From the NCBI GenBank assembly GCA_037137655.1, contig JBAXJX010000002.1, forward strand, positions 293,730 to 357,729: a stretch of DNA of 64,000 nt, read 5' to 3'. Shown here piece after piece: positions 18,382 through 26,293 of this stretch (position 1 is its first letter; each line of letters begins with the position of its first letter). Below the pieces are notes generated by a model. That model did no database searches and was not told the DNA's origin. It saw only the letters and a list, made by a program, of their open reading frames with translations. The stretch is from Candidatus Falkowbacteria bacterium (GTDB taxonomy: Bacteria > Patescibacteriota > Patescibacteriia > Patescibacteriales > UBA12465). Both the position numbers and the translations under genes were made by a program.

Positions 18382-19641
18382 TTAATCAATGCGTTTAATA
18401 TCGGCTCCGAGCGCTTGTAAGCGTTCATCGATTTTCTCGTAGCCACGTTCAATTTGATAAATATTATCAATTTCAGTTGTGCCTTTAGCGCATAAAGCCG
18501 CAATAACCAAGGCGATACCGGCACGTAAATCGGGACTAGTTAATTTTTTACCGTAAAGCTGTGTTGGGCCACTAACTACCACGCGGTGTGGATCGCACAT
18601 AATAATATTGGCGCCCATTTGGGACATCATATCAGTCCATAATAATCGACGATCATAAATATTTTCTTGTACCAAACTTGTGCCATGCGCTTGAGTCATT
18701 AAAACGACGTAGGGTGATTGCAGGTCGGTTGGAAAACCTGGGTATTCATGAGTTTTAATGTCGTACGGTTTGATGTTTTTTGACTTTTTCATTTTTATGA
18801 AATCGCTGCCAACTTCAAAATTAACGCCAATCTTTTTTAAAATAGTTAAAAGAATTTCAATGTGCGCTGGATTACAATTATTAATGGTAATTTCGGAATT
18901 GGTTGTTGCCGCCATTAAGGCAAATGAACCGGCCTCAATACGATCTGGAATAATAGTAAATTCACCGGCGGATAATTCTTTAGTACCTTCAATAATAATA
19001 GTTGGACTACCGGCGCCAGTAATTTTAGCGCCTTGAGTATTTAAGTAGGCGGCTAAAGTTTCGATTTCTGGTTCCATGGCGCAATTACGCAAAATGGTTT
19101 TATCGGGAATTAAGCAGGCAGTCATCATTAAGCTTTCAGTTCCAGTCACACTGACGGTTGGGAAAAAATAATCAGCACCATGTAATTTTTCACCTTTGAT
19201 ATGATAGTGCTTGTCGTTGGTTTCTACTTTAGCGCCAAAAGCTTGAAAGCCGTCTAAGAAGAAATCGATTGGACGTTTTACGGCGCCAATCACGCAACCA
19301 CCTGGATGAGGGAATTTAACTTCACCAAGACGAACTAAAACTGGGCCGGCAAACATCACCGAAGAACGGAATTTATTAACTAATTTTTCTGATAGTTCCA
19401 CTTGATTGATTTTGGAAGTGTCGATTTCAACAAAATCTGCTCCACGCTCCACGACGCCACCAATTTCCATGATCAAGTCCAAGGCTTTATCCACGTCCTC
19501 AATGTTCGGTAAATTTTTTATGGTAATTTTACTTTTTGATAAAATGGCTGCTGGAATTATTTTTAAGGCTTGGTTTTTGGCACCCTTAACGGTAATTTCG
19601 CCTTTTAGTTCGTTTTCGCCGGTAATTATGAATTTTGGCAT
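18382..19641 (-). CDS. murA: UDP-N-acetylglucosamine 1-carboxyvinyltransferase
   Basis: 'MPKFIITGENELKGEITVKGAKNQAL', active-site Cys in 'PHPGGCVIGAVKRPID', 'LRAGIALVIAAL'. The start is taken at the ATG at 19641 (ORF track extends to 19671). Confidence 0.95.
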   Translation of the reverse strand: MPKFIITGENELKGEITVKGAKNQALKIIPAAILSKSKITIKNLPNIEDVDKALDLIMEIGGVVERGADFVEIDTSKINQVELSEKLVNKFRSSVMFAGPVLVRLGEVKFPHPGGCVIGAVKRPIDFFLDGFQAFGAKVETNDKHYHIKGEKLHGADYFFPTVSVTGTESLMMTACLIPDKTILRNCAMEPEIETLAAYLNTQGAKITGAGSPTIIIEGTKELSAGEFTIIPDRIEAGSFALMAATTNSEITINNCNPAHIEILLTILKKIGVNFEVGSDFIKMKKSKNIKPYDIKTHEYPGFPTDLQSPYVVLMTQAHGTSLVQENIYDRRLLWTDMMSQMGANIIMCDPHRVVVSGPTQLYGKKLTSPDLRAGIALVIAALCAKGTTEIDNIYQIERGYEKIDERLQALGADIKRID

Positions 19642-19785
19642 ATTTTTTAATTTTTTTAATAATTTTAACAAGTCTTATCCTATCTTATAGTATTTATATA
19701 AATTTTTCAATTTTATGTCTTTGGTCTCGGTCTGTTTATAAAATTTTCAAATTTTGTTATAATGACTAAATAATAAAAAAATCTT

Positions 19786-21288
19786 ATGAATAATAAAAAA
19801 GTTAAAGGGTTTACATTGATCGAGCTGTTAATTGTGATCGCGATTATTGGTATTTTGGCCACAATTGCAGTTATTTCTTTGCAGAATGCTCGGGTTAAAT
19901 CTCGTGATGCGCGTCGCTTATCTGATGTTGATCAAATGCAAACTGCTTTAACGCTCTATTATCGTGATAAGGGAAAATATCCAGCTATTAGCGACTTTGT
20001 GGCTGGCGGATCACTGATAGCCACTACGAGCGCTGGCACCGTGACGTACATGGCGCTTATTCCGACCGCACCGACACCAGCCGATGGAACTTGTAGTAAT
20101 AGTGATAATGCTTATCATTATTCTCCTAGTTCTGATTTTAAAAAATACACTATTTATTATTGTTTAGGCGAAAAAACTGCCGATGTTGGGTCCGGTAATC
20201 ATGCTGCGACCAGTGATGGTATAAATGCCGCCCCCGCTTGGAGTCTTTTGGGCGTTTACGATGGTTATGTCTCTGATACGACGGTTGTTAATGGCGTGCC
20301 ATATATTTCTTATAATCTTGGCCCACAAGACGGCTATCATGGCTTTGTAAAAAGATATGTAAATGGTAATTGGGAAAATGTTGGTCTTGGTAATACCGGT
20401 ATTAGTACTGGATCGGCGGTTAGTGTTTACCTTAAAACTGCTGAAAATGGCGATCTTTATGCTTTTTACATTACTTTTGATGGTGGCTCTCACGTGGTCG
20501 CAGCTAAATACACTGGAAACGGTGCGACCGGCTGGGAAGCTTTAGGTGATTCTAGCTTTTTCCCACCTTCAAGCACTAGCTTAACCGCATCATGGACAAT
20601 TAAAAATAATACAGTCTATGCTATTTATAATTATAGTGATGGCAACATTGTAGCAGCTAAGTTTAATGGCTCTAGTTGGGTGCAAATTGGCTCGATTATT
20701 GCAGGAAACTATATTGATATTGCGGGCATTGCGGTTAATGATGATAATGAGGTTTATGTTATGTATCACAAGAAGTCTGATTACGGAATTTATGTTGATA
20801 AGTTTAATTCTGGCACTTCTAGCTGGGAGCATGTTGGTGGTTATGCTGATAGTGACTACGGTTTTTCAAGCCAAGAGCATAATCTTAAAATAGTGGCCGG
20901 AAAACCGTGTGTTTTTAGTCGCGCGCAAGCATACTCTTCATATACTTTGCATGCCATGTGTTCTGACGGCTCATCTTGGGCACCATTGGGGTATAATTTA
21001 AATCCTTATGGTCCATCTGGCTTTGTTTCGACCTATAATCCTTCATATATCTCAGTTGATTATTCTGGCGGTAAGGTCTATGTGGCCTATAAAGACGCTA
21101 ATCAGGATGGAAAAATCAGTATTTTACAAAATGGTCTAAAAACCGGTGAAGAGTGGTCGGAAGTGTCTTATCCTGGTTTATCTGATGGTGTTATTTCAGC
21201 ATCTAATATGTTTATTGATAATTCTGGGGTTCTATATCTGTCTTATAATGATGGCGGTAAAACTTATATTAAAAAGTACGCTCGCTAG
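19786..21288 (+). CDS. prepilin-type protein fused to a ~400-aa repeat (beta-propeller-like) domain
   Basis: 'NNKKVKGFTLIELLIVIAIIGILATIAV' class III signal. The C-terminal region has 6-7 repeats of ~45-50 aa, each ending in '..(Y/F)(N/T)G..W..(V/L/I)G', for example 'VYAIYNYSDGNIVAAKFNGSSWVQIG' and 'VYVMYHKKSDYGIYVDKFNSGTSSWEHVG'. Confidence 0.8.
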   Translation: MNNKKVKGFTLIELLIVIAIIGILATIAVISLQNARVKSRDARRLSDVDQMQTALTLYYRDKGKYPAISDFVAGGSLIATTSAGTVTYMALIPTAPTPADGTCSNSDNAYHYSPSSDFKKYTIYYCLGEKTADVGSGNHAATSDGINAAPAWSLLGVYDGYVSDTTVVNGVPYISYNLGPQDGYHGFVKRYVNGNWENVGLGNTGISTGSAVSVYLKTAENGDLYAFYITFDGGSHVVAAKYTGNGATGWEALGDSSFFPPSSTSLTASWTIKNNTVYAIYNYSDGNIVAAKFNGSSWVQIGSIIAGNYIDIAGIAVNDDNEVYVMYHKKSDYGIYVDKFNSGTSSWEHVGGYADSDYGFSSQEHNLKIVAGKPCVFSRAQAYSSYTLHAMCSDGSSWAPLGYNLNPYGPSGFVSTYNPSYISVDYSGGKVYVAYKDANQDGKISILQNGLKTGEEWSEVSYPGLSDGVISASNMFIDNSGVLYLSYNDGGKTYIKKYAR

Positions 21289-21291
21289 CAT

Positions 21292-21319
21292 TTGACAAAT
21301 CTAAATAATCTGTTAATAT
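21292..21319 (+). promoter_or_regulatory. sigma70-type promoter for rplU
   Basis: TTGACA (21292-21297), 16-nt spacer, then TGtTAATAT extended -10 (21314-21319). A short hairpin ctacc..ggtag lies in the 65-nt leader. Confidence 0.6.
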
Positions 21320-21384
21320 TAGGAATATTGAATAAATTTAAAATTATCTACCCCAGCACTTAGCAGCTTGGTAGTCACAAAAAT

Positions 21385-21699
21385 ATGGCAAAAATTGCAG
21401 TTATCGCGACCGGAGGAAAACAATACAAAGTTCAAGAAGGTCAAACAATCAAAATTGAAAAATTAGAAAAAAATATTTCTGACAAAGTTACTTTTGACAC
21501 TTTATTAATTTCTGATGAAAATGGTGATGCTTTACAATTAGGTACTCCATCTTTGGGAGAAAAAGTTACTGCTGAAGTTACTGATCAAGGTAAAGCGGAC
21601 AAAGTTTTAGTAGTGAAGTTTAAAAACAAAACTCGCTACAAGAGAACTTACGGTCATCGCCAACCTTTCACTGCTATCAAAATCACTTCTATTGCTTAA
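21385..21699 (+). CDS. rplU: 50S ribosomal protein L21
   Basis: 'MAKIAVIATGGKQYKVQEGQTIKIEKL', 'KFKNKTRYKRTYGHRQPFT'. No rpmA follows it. Confidence 0.95.
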   Translation: MAKIAVIATGGKQYKVQEGQTIKIEKLEKNISDKVTFDTLLISDENGDALQLGTPSLGEKVTAEVTDQGKADKVLVVKFKNKTRYKRTYGHRQPFTAIKITSIA

Positions 21700-21716
21700 G
21701 ACTCTATATATAAAAA

Positions 21717-21744
21717 ACACCTCGCATCTGCGAGGTGTTTTTTT
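21717..21744 (+). terminator. intrinsic terminator after rplU
   Basis: 9-bp GC-rich stem acacctcgc/gcgaggtgt, 4-nt loop, then TTTTTT. An A-run upstream makes it potentially bidirectional. Confidence 0.85.
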
Positions 21745-21746
21745 GT

Positions 21747-22283
21747 TTATAATTTAAATCCAATTTCTTCTCGCGGTTTTTCTTCTTGGACCAGAAGATG
21801 TCGTAAAACTTCAAAAACATCACTTAATTCTTTATCGTATTTAGATTCCATGGCTTCAATTTTATCCCAGATTAATTGATTATTAATGGCTAATTCTCTT
21901 AACTTTATAAAGGTTCGCATTATTTGGATGCTAACATTGATAGCTTTTTCACTTTTTAAAACACAGGACAACATCGCCACTCCCTGTTCTGTGAATACAT
22001 AGGTTTTATATCTTGTACCGCCCCAACTTGAGGTCACAATTTGTGACCTCAAGTTTAAAACTTCATCATTGTCTAAGGAAAACATAAAATCTTCCGGGAA
22101 GCGCTCAATATTTCGTCTAACCGCCTGATTTAATACTTTTGTTTCCACTCCATAAAGCTCGGCCAAATCGCGGTCAATCATTACTTTTTTGCCACGAATC
22201 AAAAATATTCGCCCCACAATGCGTTCACTGGGAATGGCAATAATCTTATTGTTTGATTTTTCTTTGGACATAAATATTTTCAT
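21747..22283 (-). CDS. ORF6N / KilA-N-like DNA-binding protein (phage and mobile-element associated family)
   Basis: 'IFLIRGKKVMIDRDLAELYGVETKVLNQAVRRNIERFPEDFMFSL', 'LRSQIVTSSWGGTRYKTYVFTEQGVAMLS'. Start at Met 22283 or 22271; the ORF-track extension to 22367 runs into the promoter region. Confidence 0.8.
   Translation of the reverse strand: MKIFMSKEKSNNKIIAIPSERIVGRIFLIRGKKVMIDRDLAELYGVETKVLNQAVRRNIERFPEDFMFSLDNDEVLNLRSQIVTSSWGGTRYKTYVFTEQGVAMLSCVLKSEKAINVSIQIMRTFIKLRELAINNQLIWDKIEAMESKYDKELSDVFEVLRHLLVQEEKPREEIGFKL
22025..22055. repeat. 31-bp perfect palindrome (copy 1), inside the ORF6N CDS
   Basis: AACTTGAGGTCACAA-T-TTGTGACCTCAAGTT. It encodes the conserved 'LRSQIVTSSW' motif. About 44 nt including flanks recur in inverted orientation at 23430-23470. 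Confidence 0.9.
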
Positions 22284-22360
22284 TAATTGTAAATGATTAT
22301 AATTATGCCAAAAGTGAGATAAACCTTTTCTAAACAAAAAATGACAAAAATCACCAGATA

Positions 22361-22390
22361 TTGACAAAAAGATTCGGGGGGGGGTATAAT
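22361..22390 (+). promoter_or_regulatory. sigma70-type promoter with a G9 homopolymer in the spacer
   Basis: TTGACA (22361-22366), 18-nt spacer aaaagattcGGGGGGGGG (G-run 22376-22384), TATAAT (22385-22390). It lies 50 nt upstream of the ATG at 22441. Confidence 0.7.
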
Positions 22391-22440
22391 AACATTATAA
22401 GCAATATGTCAAGTTACAACTTATAATTAATTTTAAAAGT

Positions 22441-23364
22441 ATGGGAATGGAAAATTTTAATGCTCAAGGTTATCGTGATCAACTCGCCAAGGATATTAAG
22501 AGTGAGTCGGATCACGAAAAACGCCAAGAAATTTTGGAAGGTGAGAAAAATACAGTACGTTACGATGTGGCGGAGAATAAAAGTTTTGCCAAACGTGAAT
22601 ATGCAATGAATCAAAATAAAGAGAAAAAAGAAGCTATAAAACAAAAAGAATTAAAAGAATTGGAAATTATTGGGTGTACTACCGAAGAAATCGCTTATGG
22701 ATTAGACAAGGTGAATGAAAAAAAGAAGGTTTATGTTGGTGAATGGAATTTAGAAATTTTTAAAAAAATGCCAAAAAATATAGAACATATTTATACGTCA
22801 TTTCCAGAAGTAAAAATAGTTAAAGAAAATATAAAATTATCAAATAGTACCTCCGAAGAATATTTGGACAAATTAAAAAAAGATGGAATTAAGGTCTCGG
22901 CCTTTGCCGAAGAAGCAATACTTCCAAAAATGCCACAAATAAACGATGGCCGTGTTGTTTCTTTGATCCAATTTTCTATTAGCCAACTAGGTTTTTCTGG
23001 TGATGCTTCTTTGTCTGAGATTTATAAAAAGGCGGTGGAGTCTGGATTGATTTTATGTCCTCCACAGGTTGGACCAGAAATTTGCTTGAAATATAATAAT
23101 AGCCCAATTTGCGAACATTTTAATTATTTGAATATTGCGATGGATCCGGTACCTGACGGTGATGGTAATCTTAATAATACTAATAATGGTATGACACTTT
23201 TTCATATTAATTCACGTGAAAATAATAAACTTGAACTTAATGATATGTATTCAGGTTCAGGAATGGACTATCCTTGGCATAATGGTTCCGCTAATGATTC
23301 CAGTAAATTTGTCTTTTGTGTTTCAGAATCAAAAAAAGCAGATAATGAGAATGTTGAAAAATAA
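22441..23364 (+). CDS. hypothetical protein (307 aa), no recognised domain
   Basis: Long ORF with a Lys/Glu-rich N-terminal third and an Asn/Gly/Ser-rich C-terminus. It has its own promoter and terminator. Confidence 0.7.
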   Translation: MGMENFNAQGYRDQLAKDIKSESDHEKRQEILEGEKNTVRYDVAENKSFAKREYAMNQNKEKKEAIKQKELKELEIIGCTTEEIAYGLDKVNEKKKVYVGEWNLEIFKKMPKNIEHIYTSFPEVKIVKENIKLSNSTSEEYLDKLKKDGIKVSAFAEEAILPKMPQINDGRVVSLIQFSISQLGFSGDASLSEIYKKAVESGLILCPPQVGPEICLKYNNSPICEHFNYLNIAMDPVPDGDGNLNNTNNGMTLFHINSRENNKLELNDMYSGSGMDYPWHNGSANDSSKFVFCVSESKKADNENVEK

Positions 23365-23382
23365 TATTTTGTAGATATAAAA

Positions 23383-23412
23383 AACTCGAGCCGTACACGG
23401 CTCGAGTTTTTT
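23383..23412 (+). terminator. intrinsic terminator after the 307-aa gene
   Basis: 10-bp stem actcgagccg/cggctcgagt, loop taca, then TTTTTT. Confidence 0.85.
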
Positions 23413-23437
23413 GTTTGAGTAATTTATAGAAAGTTTA

Positions 23438-23468
23438 AACTTGAAGTCACAATTTGTGACCTCAAGTT
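23438..23468. repeat. 31-bp palindrome (copy 2, one mismatch), 4 nt beyond the recR stop
   Basis: AACTTGAAGTCACAA-T-TTGTGACCTCAAGTT. On the + strand it reads 'NLKSQFVTSSW' and then hits a stop, so it looks like a relic of an ORF6N motif or a dedicated repeat. Confidence 0.85.
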
Positions 23469-23472
23469 GGAT

Positions 23473-24081
23473 TTAAATAATATTCCGATACTTCAAGGCA
23501 TTACCGAGCGTCATCTCATCGACATATTCTAAATTCGCACCCATCGGCAAGCCACGGGCGAGACGGGAAATTTTTATCTTGGGATTTTTTAAAAGTTTAC
23601 TTAAATACATCGCCGTGCTTTCACCTTCCATGGTTGGGGAGAGCGCTAAAATAATTTCAATATTATTTTTTACTTTTAATAAGGCATTAATTTTCTCGGC
23701 CAATTTTCTGATATTTAAATCTTCCGGTTTAATACCATCAATCGCATTGATTAAACCGCCAAGCACAAAATACTGACCATTGAATTGGTTGGTGTTTTCC
23801 ATGCTAATTAAATCTTGTAAATTGGCGACGATACAAATTAGGGCTTCATCTCTTTTTTTGTCGCTACAAATTTCACATGGATCGCTTTCGGAAATTCGTT
23901 GGCAGGAAGAACAGACGGTAATATTATTTTTTAGTTCACTTAAATAATGCCCGAACATTTTTAATCTTTCTGGACTTTGTTTTAAGAGATAAAAAACATA
24001 ACGTTCGGCTGTTTTAGGGCCGACCGTTGGAAGTTTCGAGAATTGCTCGATTAAATTTTTGATGCTGGCCGGATATTTCAT
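23473..24081 (-). CDS. recR: recombination protein RecR
   Basis: 'LIEQFSKLPTVGPKTAERYVFYLL', Cys4 zinc finger 'CSSCQRISESDPCEIC', Toprim region. Confidence 0.95.
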   Translation of the reverse strand: MKYPASIKNLIEQFSKLPTVGPKTAERYVFYLLKQSPERLKMFGHYLSELKNNITVCSSCQRISESDPCEICSDKKRDEALICIVANLQDLISMENTNQFNGQYFVLGGLINAIDGIKPEDLNIRKLAEKINALLKVKNNIEIILALSPTMEGESTAMYLSKLLKNPKIKISRLARGLPMGANLEYVDEMTLGNALKYRNII

Positions 24082-24096
24082 ACGGCGTAAGAATTA

Positions 24097-24372
24097 TTAG
24101 TTTAAGCCTGGAAAACCGCCCATTTCTTGCATTTTTTTAGCCATTAATCTTTGAGTTTGTTTCATGGCATCGTTCACAGCAGTTTTAATAGCGCTCTCTA
24201 AACTAGCTTTATCAAGTTCGGAATTAACAACAACTTCAGTTATTTCCATATTACCATTCATGGCAATTTTCACGCCATTTTTTTCGGCGCTAATAGTTTC
24301 GCCGGCTAAAGCTCCTTGCATTTTTTTAGCTTGGTCACGTAAATCTTTGATTTGTTTTAATTTGTTGAACAT
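24097..24372 (-). CDS. YbaB/EbfC family nucleoid-associated protein
   Basis: 91 aa: 'MFNKLKQIKDLRDQAKKMQGAL', 'GNMEITEVVVNSEL'. The ybaB-recR pairing is conserved. Confidence 0.85.
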   Translation of the reverse strand: MFNKLKQIKDLRDQAKKMQGALAGETISAEKNGVKIAMNGNMEITEVVVNSELDKASLESAIKTAVNDAMKQTQRLMAKKMQEMGGFPGLN

Positions 24373-24426
24373 AAGTTTAAAATTATTATTTTTTAATTAT
24401 AGCAATAATTAGCTTTTTTCGCTAGT

Positions 24427-25833
24427 TTAAAATTGAACCGGTTTTTCATTATCACTATATTGTTTGGCCATGTTTTTAAAGCTGGCTGTTTCATCGGAGA
24501 AATATAAATCAACTTTTCCAGTTGGCCCATTACGGTGCTTGGCGATATGAATTTCCGCCTTGTGTCTTTCTTCAGCTGGTAAATCCTGTGGGTTGTAGGT
24601 CCGATCAGCCGCTTTACGATAAATGAACATTACGATATCAGCATCTTGCTCAATCGAACCAGAGTCACGTAAATGAGATAATTTTGGAATCGCTGGACCA
24701 CCTTGTTGTTCAACGCCACGAGATAACTGGGCAAGGGCTAATACGGGAACATTTAATTCACGGGCAATACCTTTTAGACCACGACTGATTTCAGAAATTT
24801 CTTGCACCCGATTATCTTGAAATTTACCGCGACCTTCCATTAACTGCAAGTAATCGATTACAATTAAACCTAAACCTTTTTCAGTTTGCAGGCGACGGCA
24901 TTTAGCGCGAATTTCCATAACAGTCACATTTGGGGAATCATCAATATAAATTTTGGCCTCAGATAATTGGCCCATCGCTTCTGATAGTTTAGCAAAGTCA
25001 TTACTCTCTGGTTTGTCAGATAGATTACCAGTACGCATGTTCCAGGCGTTAATATTGGATTGAGCACAAAGCATACGATCAACTAATTGTTCCTTACTCA
25101 TTTCGAGTGAGAAAATACCAACACCTTCTCCGGTTTTAATAGCAGCTTGGCGGACAATATCTAGGGCAAAAGCGGTTTTACCAACAGAAGGACGAGCCGC
25201 TAAAATAACTAAATCGGATTTTTGCAAACCGGAAAGTAAATTGTCCAATTCGATAAAACCAGTTGGCATGCCACGTAATTTTCCACCTTTTTTTTGTAAT
25301 TCATCAATTCTTTCAAAGGCGGCATTAAGCAGGGAATCGATTGGTAAAAAAGAATTTTTTAAATATTTACGGGAAACGCCAAAGATTTTTTGTTCGACAG
25401 TATCTAAAATATTTTCAATTTCTTGTTCTTCATCAAAACTTAAATCCATGATTTCCGAAGCAGCTGATTGTAATCTTCTTAAAGTCGCCTTGCGTTGAAT
25501 CAGGGCAGCATAGTTGGTGATGTTGGCAGAAGTGGTGGCAAAATTGGAGAGTTTAGCGAGGTAGGTGCGACCGCCAGCAGATTCTAATTTTTTTCGCTCA
25601 TCTAATTTAGAACTGAGTGTAATAATATCAATTGGCTCACGAGCCTCATAAAGAGCGCAAATCGCCTCATAGATAAGTTGATGAGAGCTTAAATAAAAAT
25701 CAGTTGGCATCATGCTGTCAGCAACTTTGTTGATAGAGTCCTTGTCAATTAAAAGACAGCTTAATAAATATTGTTCCGCTTCAATGTTTTGTGGCGGGAT
25801 TTTTTCAATTAAGTTTTTATTGCGATCGTCCAT
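24427..25833 (-). CDS. dnaB: replicative DNA helicase DnaB
   Basis: 'PQNIEAEQYLLSCLL', Walker A 'AARPSVGKTAFALD', 'IVIDYLQLM', 'SGSIEQDADIVMFIYR'. Confidence 0.95.
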   Translation of the reverse strand: MDDRNKNLIEKIPPQNIEAEQYLLSCLLIDKDSINKVADSMMPTDFYLSSHQLIYEAICALYEAREPIDIITLSSKLDERKKLESAGGRTYLAKLSNFATTSANITNYAALIQRKATLRRLQSAASEIMDLSFDEEQEIENILDTVEQKIFGVSRKYLKNSFLPIDSLLNAAFERIDELQKKGGKLRGMPTGFIELDNLLSGLQKSDLVILAARPSVGKTAFALDIVRQAAIKTGEGVGIFSLEMSKEQLVDRMLCAQSNINAWNMRTGNLSDKPESNDFAKLSEAMGQLSEAKIYIDDSPNVTVMEIRAKCRRLQTEKGLGLIVIDYLQLMEGRGKFQDNRVQEISEISRGLKGIARELNVPVLALAQLSRGVEQQGGPAIPKLSHLRDSGSIEQDADIVMFIYRKAADRTYNPQDLPAEERHKAEIHIAKHRNGPTGKVDLYFSDETASFKNMAKQYSDNEKPVQF

Positions 25834-26019
25834 ATTTTTTTGGGTTTAATTTTTCTTTATCTTATCTGATAATCTGTCAAAGTTCAACCGGTATTTGTCC
25901 CCCGGTTTTACCCACTTTAAGCACAGGGGCGTTTACTCTTGCCAAAATTATTTTTCTTTGTTATTATTCTTACAAGAAACAGATTTCCTGTTTTTTTGCT
26001 TAAAACACTAGTTTTTTAA

Positions 26020-26091
26020 GCGCTGTTAGCTCAGCGGTAGAGCAGATCCCTTTTAAGGATAAGGTCGAAAGTTCGAATCTTTCACGGCGCA
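26020..26091 (+). tRNA. tRNA-Lys (anticodon UUU)
   Basis: Manual cloverleaf: acceptor GCGCTGT/ACGGCGC (one G-U), D arm GCTC-AGCGGTA-GAGC, anticodon loop CT-TTT-AA, T arm GAAAG-TTCGAAT-CTTTC. CCA is not encoded. Confidence 0.85.
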
Positions 26092-26126
26092 CATTCCGTT
26101 CATTAGTAATGACGGGTTTTAAAAAA

Positions 26127-26199
26127 GCCATCTTAGCTCAGCTGGTAGAGCAGCTGTCTTGTAAACAGCAGGTCGTCGGTCCGAATCCGACAGATGGCT
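26127..26199 (+). tRNA. tRNA-Thr (anticodon UGU)
   Basis: Manual cloverleaf: acceptor GCCATCT/AGATGGC, D arm GCTC-AGCTGGTA-GAGC, anticodon stem GCTGT/ACAGC with loop CT-TGT-AA, T arm GTCGG-TCCGAAT-CCGAC. Confidence 0.85.
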
Positions 26200-26293
26200 C
26201 ACATAAAAAACATCAAAAGGCGCAAGCCTTTTTTTGTTTGGCGGATTTATTAAAATGTGTTATATTATTATCATAGTTTCTTATGTTTAAAAT

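Noticed and set aside
25860-26000. Small RNA between dnaB and tRNA-Lys (hairpins aaccgg..ccggtt and aaacag..ctgttt plus a T-run)
   Set aside because: There is a terminator-like hairpin at about 25975-26000. I could not identify a convincing promoter or any match to known RNA families (SRP, 6S, tmRNA, RNase P), so the evidence is too thin.
25834-26293. Possible replication origin at the divergence between dnaB (minus) and the plus-strand tRNA/pilus genes
   Set aside because: Gene orientation flips here. However, I found only one weak DnaA-box-like sequence (TTACCCACT, two mismatches), no box cluster, no dnaA gene and no obvious AT-rich unwinding repeats. GC skew could not be computed by eye.
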